IMG/VR virus record: IMGVR_UViG_3300022936_000003
Location: 1 to 45,249 of that record
Length of the DNA stretch: 45,249 nt
Direction: 5' to 3' (one strand)
From: a virus
Lineage: Duplodnaviria; Caudoviricetes
The position numbers and the translations under genes are program-made. Positions 1 through 7,706 of this stretch are shown piece by piece. The notes below the pieces were generated by a model that saw only the letters and a list, made by a program, of their open reading frames with translations, did not search any database and was not told the origin of the DNA. How positions within the stretch are numbered: the first letter of the stretch is position 1; the number at the start of each line of letters is the position of its first letter.

Positions 1-127
1 AGCTGGACGGTCAGGGGCGGGAAGGTGACCTGTCCTTTGCGTTGGCGCGACAGCCAGAACATTTCTCCCGCCGTATCGGTGTCAGGCCAGTCGCCGCCGA
101 CAGACAACCTCTCCTCACAGTCCTCGA
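1..127. repeat. 127-bp terminal overlap identical to 45123-45249 (circular assembly overlap)
   Basis: agctggacgg...cagtcctcga is present at both ends; 127 is a common assembler k-mer length; an ORF reads through the join. Confidence 0.95.
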
Positions 128-356
128 TGATCCGCGCGAGGGTTTCCGGGGCGAGGTCGGAGAAGCCTAACTCCTTGCCGAAGTCGTGGATGGCGGTGTC
201 GCCCAGCGTCCGGTCGGCGCCCGTAAACAGCGCCTCGACATACCCTTGCGTGAAGGGTGAGAGGTCGGACCAGCGGTAGAACACCAGAAGGTCTTTATCC
301 TCGGCCAACGGCATAGGCATATATATCGTGCCGCTCGTATCGAGTTGGAAGGTCAT
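1..356 (-). CDS. hypothetical protein spanning the circular junction (continues 45122->45089)
   Basis: ATG at 356 (MTFQLDTSGTIYMPMPLAEDKDLLVFYRWSDLSPFTQGYVEALF...) runs through position 1 into ...QLGDDGKVRFAA* with TGA at 45089-45091, overlapping the next ATG. Confidence 0.8.
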   Translation of the reverse strand, partial: MTFQLDTSGTIYMPMPLAEDKDLLVFYRWSDLSPFTQGYVEALFTGADRTLGDTAIHDFGKELGFSDLAPETLARIIEDCEERLSVGGDWPDTDTAGEMFWLSRQRKGQVTFPPLTVQ

Positions 357-395
357 GGGTTCAGCCCCTAGAACCGGAAAAGCCCGGCTGGACGA

Positions 396-452
396 ATGTA
401 AACATCAGAAACGGGGGAATGTAAACATTGGAGCCCCGGATGATGTAAACAC
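396..452. promoter_or_regulatory. three ATGTAAACAY operator-like boxes (396-405, 419-428, 443-452)
   Basis: near-palindromic 10-mer spaced 23/24 bp, upstream of the ATG at 356; the same box recurs genome-wide. Confidence 0.8.
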
Positions 453-587
453 CCCCGCTTTTTTACAGGCGGCGTTGAAAATGTACCCTCCCGCGCCGGT
501 CCCTTGGCCTAAGGCGCCCGAGGATTGCCCCGCCTACCCCCTCGGGGCCTTGGCCGTGGCGGGGCGTGGGGCGTCGCTGGGCGGGGT

Positions 588-896
588 TCAGGCGGAAGGG
601 CGACCGGACGACAGGGGGAAACGAACAGCCTTCAGGGCGGCGTCTAAGCCCTGTCTGATGGCATCTAGTCGGAGGGCTTCCTGGGTGTGGGTGTCTATAG
701 CCTCTTGCACCTCTGCGCGTTCGGCTTTGTTCGCCTTGATGAGGGCGAGGAGCATGGCATCTGCAGACATAGGTGCAGGGGCTGGGGTGATGTCGGACAA
801 CGCGCCACGATTGGCCGAGGGCTGTATGCTCGACCCGCCAGTCGGCGGTGGTGTCTGTTCTCCGGTGGACTTAGGTCCATGCCATCCACTGCTCAT
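588..896 (-). CDS. hypothetical protein
   Basis: ORF coupled (ATGA) to the upstream gene; C-terminal helical segment. Confidence 0.55.
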   Translation of the reverse strand: MSSGWHGPKSTGEQTPPPTGGSSIQPSANRGALSDITPAPAPMSADAMLLALIKANKAERAEVQEAIDTHTQEALRLDAIRQGLDAALKAVRFPLSSGRPSA

Positions 897-1114
897 CGGC
901 TTGTCTCGTGGGGTTTGAAGGTGATCGTGGTGATGCCTTTGTCCATGCTGAACTCACACGTCCACTGACAGTGCGGGCCGTCGTATATGGCCGACACGTC
1001 GAGGATGAACCTGCAGACCTGATGACGGGACACTGTGCCGATCACCCTGACGTTGGGGTTCAGTGCCGATGTAAACAGCGGCAGGGCTTCGGGGGTCACG
1101 TCTATGAAGTTCAT
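893..1114 (-). CDS. hypothetical protein
   Basis: 73-aa ORF with AAGGA SD, directly after the HNH gene. Confidence 0.6.
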   Translation of the reverse strand: MNFIDVTPEALPLFTSALNPNVRVIGTVSRHQVCRFILDVSAIYDGPHCQWTCEFSMDKGITTITFKPHETSR

Positions 1115-1116
1115 GT

Positions 1117-1491
1117 TTACTTCCTTGGCTTAGGCCGAACGCCGGCCGTGTTGAATGCGTGGGCTTCGTCGCTGGGCCATCCATCGGCGCCGACCTCGAC
1201 GCTGAACCCTCTGGCTTCGTCGGCCTGGGCTTGGCCGTCGTGGTGCGGTTTGCAGAGCGAGCGCACAGGCCCATGAAAGAACTGATGCCAGTCCCCGTTA
1301 TGGCGCGGGTGGTGGTCAACGATAGCCATAAGGCGGGTCACGCCCTCGGCTTCGCAGAGGCAGCAGAGAGGGAAGTTAGCGCGCTGGTCACGTTTGCGGA
1401 TGGCCCAGGCTTTGGACTTGTACCATTTGCGGGCTTCTGACCCCTGCCGCTTCTGGTCGTACTTCCGCCTTTGGCCGGCGCGGTCTGTCAT
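1117..1491 (-). CDS. HNH endonuclease, HK97 gp74-like packaging-associated type
   Basis: WYKSKAW...PLCCLCEAEG...IVDHHPRH...SLCKPHHD pattern typical of terminase-accessory HNH proteins. Confidence 0.8.
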   Translation of the reverse strand: MTDRAGQRRKYDQKRQGSEARKWYKSKAWAIRKRDQRANFPLCCLCEAEGVTRLMAIVDHHPRHNGDWHQFFHGPVRSLCKPHHDGQAQADEARGFSVEVGADGWPSDEAHAFNTAGVRPKPRK

Positions 1492-1516
1492 TGGCCTTCT
1501 TGTCTAGAGGCGTCGG

Positions 1517-1960
1517 TCATCGGGGTGATCCTGTGGCGCGGAGAATGGCGATGCAGAGGGCGAGCGCAGGGACTTTGCCGGGATGCGCCACGTTGATTTT
1601 TGTGTCGGTCGTCTCCAGACCGGCATACGAAAACCCGCCGTCACCGTGGTTCGGATTGACGATCACCATCCATTCGCCGGACGGCAGCACCCGCTCAGCC
1701 AGCGCCAGAGCGGCGTCTAGGGAGGTGGTGAAACGGTGGACTAACTGATAGCCGCCATGCCCCGGCTCAACACGAGCGCCGTCGCTGTCGATATAGCCAT
1801 AAGCAATCGACTGCCCCTCATAACGGGGTTTGCAAACGAATAGCCCGTCAAGGAGTATGCCGATCTCGGCATCCATCTCCCGCGACCCGACCTCAGCCGC
1901 TTCCAGCCGCGCGATCAACTCCCCCGTCTGTGCGGAGGGCTGATCATCGGGAGCGCTCAT
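1517..1960 (-). CDS. conserved phage hypothetical protein
   Basis: LIARLEAAEVGSREMDAEI and FTTSLDAALALAERVLP...PALALCIAILRA motifs common in alphaproteobacterial phage accessory proteins. Confidence 0.75.
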   Translation of the reverse strand: MSAPDDQPSAQTGELIARLEAAEVGSREMDAEIGILLDGLFVCKPRYEGQSIAYGYIDSDGARVEPGHGGYQLVHRFTTSLDAALALAERVLPSGEWMVIVNPNHGDGGFSYAGLETTDTKINVAHPGKVPALALCIAILRATGSPR

Positions 1961-2136
1961 GCGTCACCTGCAGGATGGAGGATGCGTTTCAGGTCAGCCC
2001 CGAACTTTCGCGCGACGTCGAGGACGATGTATTTCGAGCAGTCGCAGCGGCCGAACAGACGACTTTCACAGGCCGGATCATGCTCCTCCGACTTCCAGGG
2101 CTGATCATCGGGAGCCGGGGGTGTGGGGGTGGTCAT
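1957..2136 (-). CDS. small Cys/His hypothetical protein
   Basis: ATG at 2136 coupled to the upstream stop; HDPAC...CDCS. Confidence 0.55.
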   Translation of the reverse strand: MTTPTPPAPDDQPWKSEEHDPACESRLFGRCDCSKYIVLDVARKFGADLKRILHPAGDA

Positions 2137-2339
2137 GGTCGGGCGTCCTGAGGCTTGAGGGCATCGCCTCGGTTCCACTGCCATTCAGCAGTCGGGCGGT
2201 CGGAGTAAGCGTCTTCGATCCGGTCTGTGGCCGCGTTGCAGCGAGGGCATTCGACCCAGCTTTCAACGGCATCCTCCGCGACCTGGACCGCGTAAAACTT
2301 CGGCGATCCTCCGCATGGGCAGCGCTTAAGCCCGCTCAT
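2133..2339 (-). CDS. Lar-family restriction alleviation-like zinc-finger protein
   Basis: LKRCPCGG...VECPRCNA...AEWQWNR pattern. Confidence 0.7.
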   Translation of the reverse strand: MSGLKRCPCGGSPKFYAVQVAEDAVESWVECPRCNAATDRIEDAYSDRPTAEWQWNRGDALKPQDARP

Positions 2340-3166
2340 GGCTTCCCCACCTCCTGCGTAGAGAGGGCGGCGAGGATGGCGCGGGCGCTTTCGCTGCGCT
2401 CGTGATCGTCTGCCTCGCCAGACATGACAGACTGATCTCTCTCCTTTAGGAAGGCGGAAATCCGGTCAACGTCCCGTGTCCTGCTCTCCAGCGCCTTGAT
2501 TTCGGCCACCGTGTCAGCGGTCGTCCAAGGCTTATCGGGAAATGCAAGGTCCAGAAGATCACCGATCAGCTCGCCGTAGTGTTCGGCAGGAGACCACGAT
2601 GCAAGCCATGGATACTCGGGTATTGCCGCCTCGATAGAGCGCAGGAAATCACGTCCAATGGCCGCTTCGTCACGGTCCGCCCCGCCCTGCTGGGTGGGCT
2701 GGGGCTGGGCAGGGTACGCGGCAGCGGGCGGCGCTGTCCGAGGCGCGTTCTCTGGGTCAGCCGCATAGGCTTTCATCCGTTCGGCGGTGTCGAGACCTTG
2801 CTGGCAGTGTCCATGGTCGCCGCCTGCTTTCAGGCGACGCTCGGCCCACATGCGGACGATGTTGTGGGCGTCAGGATCGCGACCCAACAGGATGAACATC
2901 GGCTCGCCTTCACGGCGCTTCGCAAGGCAGTCGTGGTTTGCCGCCTCGCTATTCGCGGCGGACGCAGGGGTGGGGGAGACGACGCGGTAAGCGATGATGT
3001 CGAAGGCCGCACCCTGCTTTTCCCAACATTGCAGGTCGGCGTCCCATGTCGCGACGTCGTCTGATTGTGTCCCTAGCCAGCGAAGATTGACCTTCCCGCC
3101 CGGCACCGGGTTTTCGCCCCCGGTCCATTCGATCCAATCGGCAGCAGGGGTGGGGGAAGTGGTCAT
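2336..3166 (-). CDS. multi-module hypothetical protein
   Basis: N-terminal WIEWTGGENPV...DIIAYRVV module, then an EPMFILLGRDPDA...WA module; coupled starts and stops. Confidence 0.75.
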   Translation of the reverse strand: MTTSPTPAADWIEWTGGENPVPGGKVNLRWLGTQSDDVATWDADLQCWEKQGAAFDIIAYRVVSPTPASAANSEAANHDCLAKRREGEPMFILLGRDPDAHNIVRMWAERRLKAGGDHGHCQQGLDTAERMKAYAADPENAPRTAPPAAAYPAQPQPTQQGGADRDEAAIGRDFLRSIEAAIPEYPWLASWSPAEHYGELIGDLLDLAFPDKPWTTADTVAEIKALESRTRDVDRISAFLKERDQSVMSGEADDHERSESARAILAALSTQEVGKP

Positions 3167-3381
3167 GCGGAAACTCCGAGATAAGTCAGGTCTGTCGGAT
3201 GGCAGGGCACCGGGTGCTTTGTGCCGTCAAACGTGACGTGGACGTAGTTGTCGTAGGACTGGCGGCGGGCGATCACACCCTCGCGGCCATCGTTGAAGCG
3301 GGCGCGATGACCAGGGACCGGATCGACCCCATAGGTGCGGCGCACGTAGTCATAGGGCGGTTGTTTCGGGAACGCGCTCAT
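3163..3381 (-). CDS. hypothetical protein (SH3-like beta fold possible)
   Basis: YDYVRRTYGV...YVHVTFDG...PCHPTDLTY, a recurrent phage small-protein pattern. Confidence 0.7.
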   Translation of the reverse strand: MSAFPKQPPYDYVRRTYGVDPVPGHRARFNDGREGVIARRQSYDNYVHVTFDGTKHPVPCHPTDLTYLGVSA

Positions 3382-3581
3382 ACCTTCTCTCCGGCCTGAA
3401 GGGCTTGGTTGGCTAGATCGAGCATCTGGCCTCCGCTCCGTGCGATAGCCTCAACGCGCTGCCATGCGTCGAACTGGCTGTTGCCCGCGTAGTGTCCGAC
3501 CATTTCGCGCACTGTCTCCAAGTCGCGCTCCAGCACATCCAGATCAATCGACATGGCGGTCTCCAAGGGTGCGGGGGTCAT
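3378..3581 (-). CDS. hypothetical protein
   Basis: ATG at 3581 overlaps the upstream stop; helical. Confidence 0.6.
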   Translation of the reverse strand: MTPAPLETAMSIDLDVLERDLETVREMVGHYAGNSQFDAWQRVEAIARSGGQMLDLANQALQAGEKV

Positions 3582-3856
3582 GTCTGCACACGGATGGCGA
3601 AGACCTCGACCGGATCGGGGCCGAAGTGCGGATGGGTGATGGTCGTCTCGCGAAGGCCGCGCCACGGGAGAACCAGGCGCCGCTCGTGGTCGTCGCTCTT
3701 CGGATAGCCGCGCGTCAGGACGATGCGTTCATAGGTTCGACCGGTGAGGCGCTTGGTCCAGAACGGGGTGCGGAGGCGAAATTCCTCGGCCTTCGTCCCA
3801 GCCTTGATCTGGTCGAAGTAGACGCCGTTCAGCGGCAGGGTGAGATCAGCCATCAC
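3578..3856 (-). CDS. ASCH/PUA-like domain protein
   Basis: LTLPLNGVYFDQIKAGTKAEEFRLRTPFWTKRL...LTRGY, the ASCH GxKxxExR motif. Confidence 0.8.
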   Translation of the reverse strand: MMADLTLPLNGVYFDQIKAGTKAEEFRLRTPFWTKRLTGRTYERIVLTRGYPKSDDHERRLVLPWRGLRETTITHPHFGPDPVEVFAIRVQT

Positions 3857-4188
3857 AGGTCTCCAAGGCTGCGGTATTGGGCGGCGATATGCTGGACGGC
3901 ATCGAGACAGCCCTCGCGGTCGTCGCTGCGATAGCTTTTCGGGTCGTCGGGATCGGTCATCCGCGCGATCTCGGCCAGCGCCTTAGCCATCCCCTCTGCC
4001 GCTTGGGATTGAGAGGATAGGGCGGAGAGGACGGTTCGGATCGCGCGCGCTTGAATGCCGAACTCGGGCATGGGGTCGGGGCCGTATTCTTTCGCCGCGA
4101 TCCGTTCGTTCGCCTCGGCCATCTCCGTGACAACCGACACAGCCGCATCCAGATCCGACGCGGGGGCTTTGGGTTCGGGGGCGGTCAT
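3853..4188 (-). CDS. hypothetical protein
   Basis: ATG at 4188 coupled to the upstream stop. Confidence 0.6.
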   Translation of the reverse strand: MTAPEPKAPASDLDAAVSVVTEMAEANERIAAKEYGPDPMPEFGIQARAIRTVLSALSSQSQAAEGMAKALAEIARMTDPDDPKSYRSDDREGCLDAVQHIAAQYRSLGDL

Positions 4189-4580
4189 TGGCCGGTAGCC
4201 TTGGCGATGGCGGCGCGTTGGTTCTCGGCCATCATGCGAAGGGCTGTCGCAACCGCCCCCAGGCCAGCGCGCTGACACTGGTCCGCCGACACGTCGAGCG
4301 CGTCAGGATCGATCGCCTCCAGAAGGTCAGGGGCGGCGGCGATCAGGCGGGCGTTGGCCTCCGTCTCTCCGTCGCGGACCTCGCGATGAGCGCCCGGCGT
4401 AGTGCCCCAATGGCCGCCCATCCTGCCTTCAAAATAGTCTCGGTGGATCGCACACGAAGTCGGCGTTTCGGCAATCTCGAATCCGTCAGGCCCGAAGACG
4501 TGATCATGATACGGCTCCGCTCCAAGACTCCACGGCCCCTTCGTATGCCCTGCCTTCACGCCTTCGGTTTGGGTGGTCAT
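4185..4580 (-). CDS. conserved phage hypothetical protein
   Basis: HTKGPW...ANARLIAAAPDLLEA motif; GGAGG SD. Confidence 0.8.
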   Translation of the reverse strand: MTTQTEGVKAGHTKGPWSLGAEPYHDHVFGPDGFEIAETPTSCAIHRDYFEGRMGGHWGTTPGAHREVRDGETEANARLIAAAPDLLEAIDPDALDVSADQCQRAGLGAVATALRMMAENQRAAIAKATGQ

Positions 4581-4726
4581 TTCCCCACCTCCCAAGACCA
4601 CTTTTTCAGCGCGAGGCGGTCGGCGTTCCGATCCGGCGCCGGCACGGTGATGTTCTGGCCCTTTGCGTTAACGCGGGCTCCCATTTTCAGGGGTCGTTCG
4701 GTCATGGTTTCAGCCTTCTTGGTCAT
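4577..4726 (-). CDS. small hypothetical protein (alternative start 4705)
   Basis: MTKKAETMTERPLKMGARVNAKGQNITVPAPDRNADRLALKKWSWEVGK; fills the gap and its stop overlaps the next ATG; below the ORF-track cutoff. Confidence 0.55.
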   Translation of the reverse strand: MTKKAETMTERPLKMGARVNAKGQNITVPAPDRNADRLALKKWSWEVGK

Positions 4727-4729
4727 GGG

Positions 4730-4930
4730 TTAGTCGAAACTGGCGATGTCGGGCGGGGGCGCGACCTGGGCGGCGTCCTCGTGGGACTTAGCCCAGCCGT
4801 GCACGATCTCCGACATGGCGCCCCGGCCCTTGCCCTTGTGGGCGTCAACGATGCGCTCAAGTGCGGATCCCTTCTTGGGACGCACGGTCAGCGGCGGGAT
4901 GGCGTTCGGGTCAACGGGGCGTTTGGTCAT
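4730..4930 (-). CDS. putative ribbon-helix-helix-like DNA-binding protein
   Basis: beta-strand LTVRP followed by two helices (SALERIVDAH / AMSEIVHGWAK); start lies 6 nt from an operator pair. Confidence 0.5.
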   Translation of the reverse strand: MTKRPVDPNAIPPLTVRPKKGSALERIVDAHKGKGRGAMSEIVHGWAKSHEDAAQVAPPPDIASFD

Positions 4931-4936
4931 GGGGCT

Positions 4937-4969
4937 ATGTAAACATCATGCGGCGGGGAATGTAAACAT
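4937..4969. promoter_or_regulatory. operator pair ATGTAAACAT (4937-4946, 4960-4969)
   Basis: two exact boxes 23 bp apart directly before the ATG at 4930. Confidence 0.85.
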
Positions 4970-5334
4970 CACCGGAATGGCCGTGACGGGATTTTCCGCT
5001 TCGGCCCACCCTTCTGAAAACCTCGGGACTTCATCGTGGGGCCGTTTTTAGCGCGTCTGGCGGCCTGTCCGGTCTCCCCGGCCATCCGCTTCACCTTGGC
5101 GATGGAAGGGGCGTCACGGCCCGCCGTTTTGGCCGCGTGGCAAGCCTTGTGCGCTGGGTAGAGGTTCGGGTCGCTGTCATCGTGCGCGATAGCCCACGGG
5201 ATGCGATGCTCGATGTCGTAATCCTCGCCGGCCGCGATCTTCACTCCGCACAGTTCGCAGACGCCACCGTGGGCCTCGAATATGCGGGCGCGGCGGGCTT
5301 GAGACATGCTCGGCCTGGGCGGGGCCTTGGTCAT
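4969..5334 (-). CDS. HNH endonuclease
   Basis: CELCG...DIEHRIPW...NLYPAHKACHAAKT. Confidence 0.85.
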   Translation of the reverse strand: MTKAPPRPSMSQARRARIFEAHGGVCELCGVKIAAGEDYDIEHRIPWAIAHDDSDPNLYPAHKACHAAKTAGRDAPSIAKVKRMAGETGQAARRAKNGPTMKSRGFQKGGPKRKIPSRPFR

Positions 5335-6128
5335 TCTGCAGCCTGTTGCGGGAGGTGATGGGCAGGGACGCGGCAACCGGGTTCGGACGGGTCAGGACCC
5401 CAATCGACGTGGTTCCATCCGTCATCGTTCGCCCAAGCCCGCATCCGCATGGGCCACGGGTCGTGTTCGGTCTGGGTCTCGCGCTGGACGAGGCCCAGCG
5501 TAGGCGCCCGCTCGCAGGCGTTGTCGATCCAGTTCCGCCACGCAGCCGCCCAGTTGGCGCAGCGACGGTCGTTCTGTTCGGCGTGGTTCCTGAAACGATC
5601 AACCTCGCGGGCCACCGAAACCGACGCGCCCTTGGCCGCAACCTTCTCTTTTGCCCAAGTCAGGCACGGCTCATCAGGAAATGATTCAGGCAGAGCAACC
5701 GAAGGCTTCTTTCTGGATGGCTTTTCCTTCGGCGCCATGCCGGAAGAAATGAGGGTTAGTTGATGGTTAAGAGAAGGATTCCCCGAACCTCCTTCGGGGG
5801 CGCCCGAACCACGTTCGGGGGGGGGCGAACGTCGTTCGGGGGTAGGGGCCGAACCTCCTTCGGGGGTCACGGTGTAGATCACGCCCCGACCGGCGCGCTC
5901 GTCACGGCTCAGAAACCCAGCATCGCAGAGCCGCTTGATAGCCGACTGGATGGCCCGGTCGCTCAGGCTGCATTTCTTCATCAGGTCTAGTTTGTCGTCG
6001 CGCTTCGATCTTAAGGCTATCCACGTCACCCCGTCGTCGTTCGCGGCATCTGCCAAGGCCAGCAGGACCATTTTGTCGGTGGACGCCATGTCCATGCGCC
6101 AGACCGCGCTCATCAGAAGAATGCTCAT
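5331..6128 (-). CDS. replication initiator protein (N-terminal HTH, lambda O-like role)
   Basis: KMVLLALADAANDDG...CSLSDRAIQSAIKRL HTH; C-terminal FRNH...NWAAAWRNWI; adjacent to dnaB; internal iterons. Confidence 0.85.
   Translation of the reverse strand: MSILLMSAVWRMDMASTDKMVLLALADAANDDGVTWIALRSKRDDKLDLMKKCSLSDRAIQSAIKRLCDAGFLSRDERAGRGVIYTVTPEGGSAPTPERRSPPPERGSGAPEGGSGNPSLNHQLTLISSGMAPKEKPSRKKPSVALPESFPDEPCLTWAKEKVAAKGASVSVAREVDRFRNHAEQNDRRCANWAAAWRNWIDNACERAPTLGLVQRETQTEHDPWPMRMRAWANDDGWNHVDWGPDPSEPGCRVPAHHLPQQAAE
5781..5866. repeat. four palindromic iterons CGAAC-N4-TTCGGGG (putative replication origin)
   Basis: CGAAC at 5784, 5805, 5826 and 5850, each followed by TTCGGGG, inside the initiator gene next to an AT-richer tract. 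Confidence 0.75.
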
Positions 6129-7579
6129 AGGAATGCGTCCATGCTGGCGTCAGACCAAGCGCCCTGGGGCTCGCGGGCTTCGCTGTCGAGGTCGGTTATG
6201 AAGTCATAGGCGGGTTGATAGCGCTGGAAATCCGACCCGATGGGGCCGCCGCGCGCCTTGGGCGTGATGACCTCCATCTTGTTCTTGGCGGTCTCGATCT
6301 TCGCTTCCCAGACCCGTGCGTCGGTCCCTTTCGGCGGGTCCATTCGCTCCAGATAGTAAGACTCGCGGAAGGGGAACATCACGACATTGGCGTCCTGTTC
6401 GATGGAACCGGAATCGCGCAGGTCGGAAAGCATCGGGCGCTTGCTGTCGCGTTCCTCGACCTTTCGGGAAAGCTGCGACAGGGCGATGACCCCGCAGCCC
6501 AGGCGCTTCGCCAGACGTTTAAGGCGCTGGGTGATTTCGCCCATGGCCTCGCTTCGGTTGCCGTTCAGGCCGCGCGGCATTTCCATGATTTGCAGATAGT
6601 CGATGAAGATCGCCGCGATGGGGCCGCGCTTGGCGAGGCTGTTGCAGCGCCGTTCGACATGCTCAATCGACAGGCTGTCGCTGTCGTCCAGAATGAAGTT
6701 CGACGGGATGCGGGCGCGGCATTCGTCAAGCTGGGTCAGTTGGTCGTCGGTGAGGCTGTCGCCTTCCATGCGGAAATAGGGGATGCCCCGGCCGGTCTCT
6801 CGACTGATTTGCGAGAGGGTGCGGCAGGACATTTCCTCACGGTCCATTTCCAAACAGAAATAGACGACGGTCTCGCCGGGGTTCAGTCGGGCGCATCCGA
6901 ACGCGGCGGCGCGGGCCAGGGCCGTCTTACCCATCGAGGGGCGGCCGGCCACGATATGCAGGCGGGAAGGCTGGATGCCCCGCAGGCGCTTGTCGAAGCA
7001 CGCCAGCCCGGTCATCCGGCCCCGCACCTTGCCGTTGACCTTGTCGCTACGGATGCGGGCTAGGGTCGCGGCTGCAGCCTCCTCGGCGCCAACAAGGGTC
7101 AGGCTATCCGGCGCCGCCGACTGGACCATTCCCACAAGGGCGCGCTCTGCATCCGACAGGACGTTGAACGCATCGGCCTCGGGGTTCGTGGCGTCGTCGC
7201 GCAGCCGCCCCGCGATTTCGATCATCTGGCGTCGGCGGCTAGCGTCCACGACACTGACGGCCATGGCCTCGGCCACGCGCTCGGACGGCGCCCTGTCGAT
7301 CAGGTCCAGAAAGAACCGGCCCAGGTTGCGAGGTGGCTCCATAGGGCCATCAGGCCGGGCCGCCGGGTCTGTCGAGAACCGGGCCGCTAGCCCGCTGGGC
7401 TCCGCAATACCGTCCGACCTGATGCGCTCCACCACCTCGGCATAGATGCGGGCGTGGAAGGGTTCGGCGAAATGGTCCGCCGTCAGGTCCGTCAGACGGT
7501 CCAGCAGGGCGGGCTCAAACAGCACCGCGCCGATGACGCCAAGTTCAGCCTCAAGATTTCGCAGGGCGGTCGCGCTCAT
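6125..7579 (-). CDS. dnaB: replicative DNA helicase, DnaB family
   Basis: AGRPSMGKT Walker A, FCLEM, IFIDYLQ, LSQLSRKVE, RPMLSDLRDSGSIEQDA. Confidence 0.95.
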   Translation of the reverse strand: MSATALRNLEAELGVIGAVLFEPALLDRLTDLTADHFAEPFHARIYAEVVERIRSDGIAEPSGLAARFSTDPAARPDGPMEPPRNLGRFFLDLIDRAPSERVAEAMAVSVVDASRRRQMIEIAGRLRDDATNPEADAFNVLSDAERALVGMVQSAAPDSLTLVGAEEAAAATLARIRSDKVNGKVRGRMTGLACFDKRLRGIQPSRLHIVAGRPSMGKTALARAAAFGCARLNPGETVVYFCLEMDREEMSCRTLSQISRETGRGIPYFRMEGDSLTDDQLTQLDECRARIPSNFILDDSDSLSIEHVERRCNSLAKRGPIAAIFIDYLQIMEMPRGLNGNRSEAMGEITQRLKRLAKRLGCGVIALSQLSRKVEERDSKRPMLSDLRDSGSIEQDANVVMFPFRESYYLERMDPPKGTDARVWEAKIETAKNKMEVITPKARGGPIGSDFQRYQPAYDFITDLDSEAREPQGAWSDASMDAFL

Positions 7580-7706
7580 GCTTGAAACCGCGCAAGCGCA
7601 TGGGTATTGTATACAGGCACGTCGGGACCTCCTATGTCCGGTGCAACGGGGGGGCGAGCCGGTCAGGGCCGCTCCCCCTCCTTTATCCGCTCAGTCGTTC
7701 AGGTCG

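Noticed and set aside
396-452. Mini CRISPR array from repeated ATGTAAACA
   Set aside because: Repeats are 10 bp with 13-14 bp gaps and there are no cas genes; fits operators
1069-1078. Operator-like hits inside coding regions (1069, also near 12166, 20629, 24734)
   Set aside because: Imperfect, single and explainable by codons; not counted as sites
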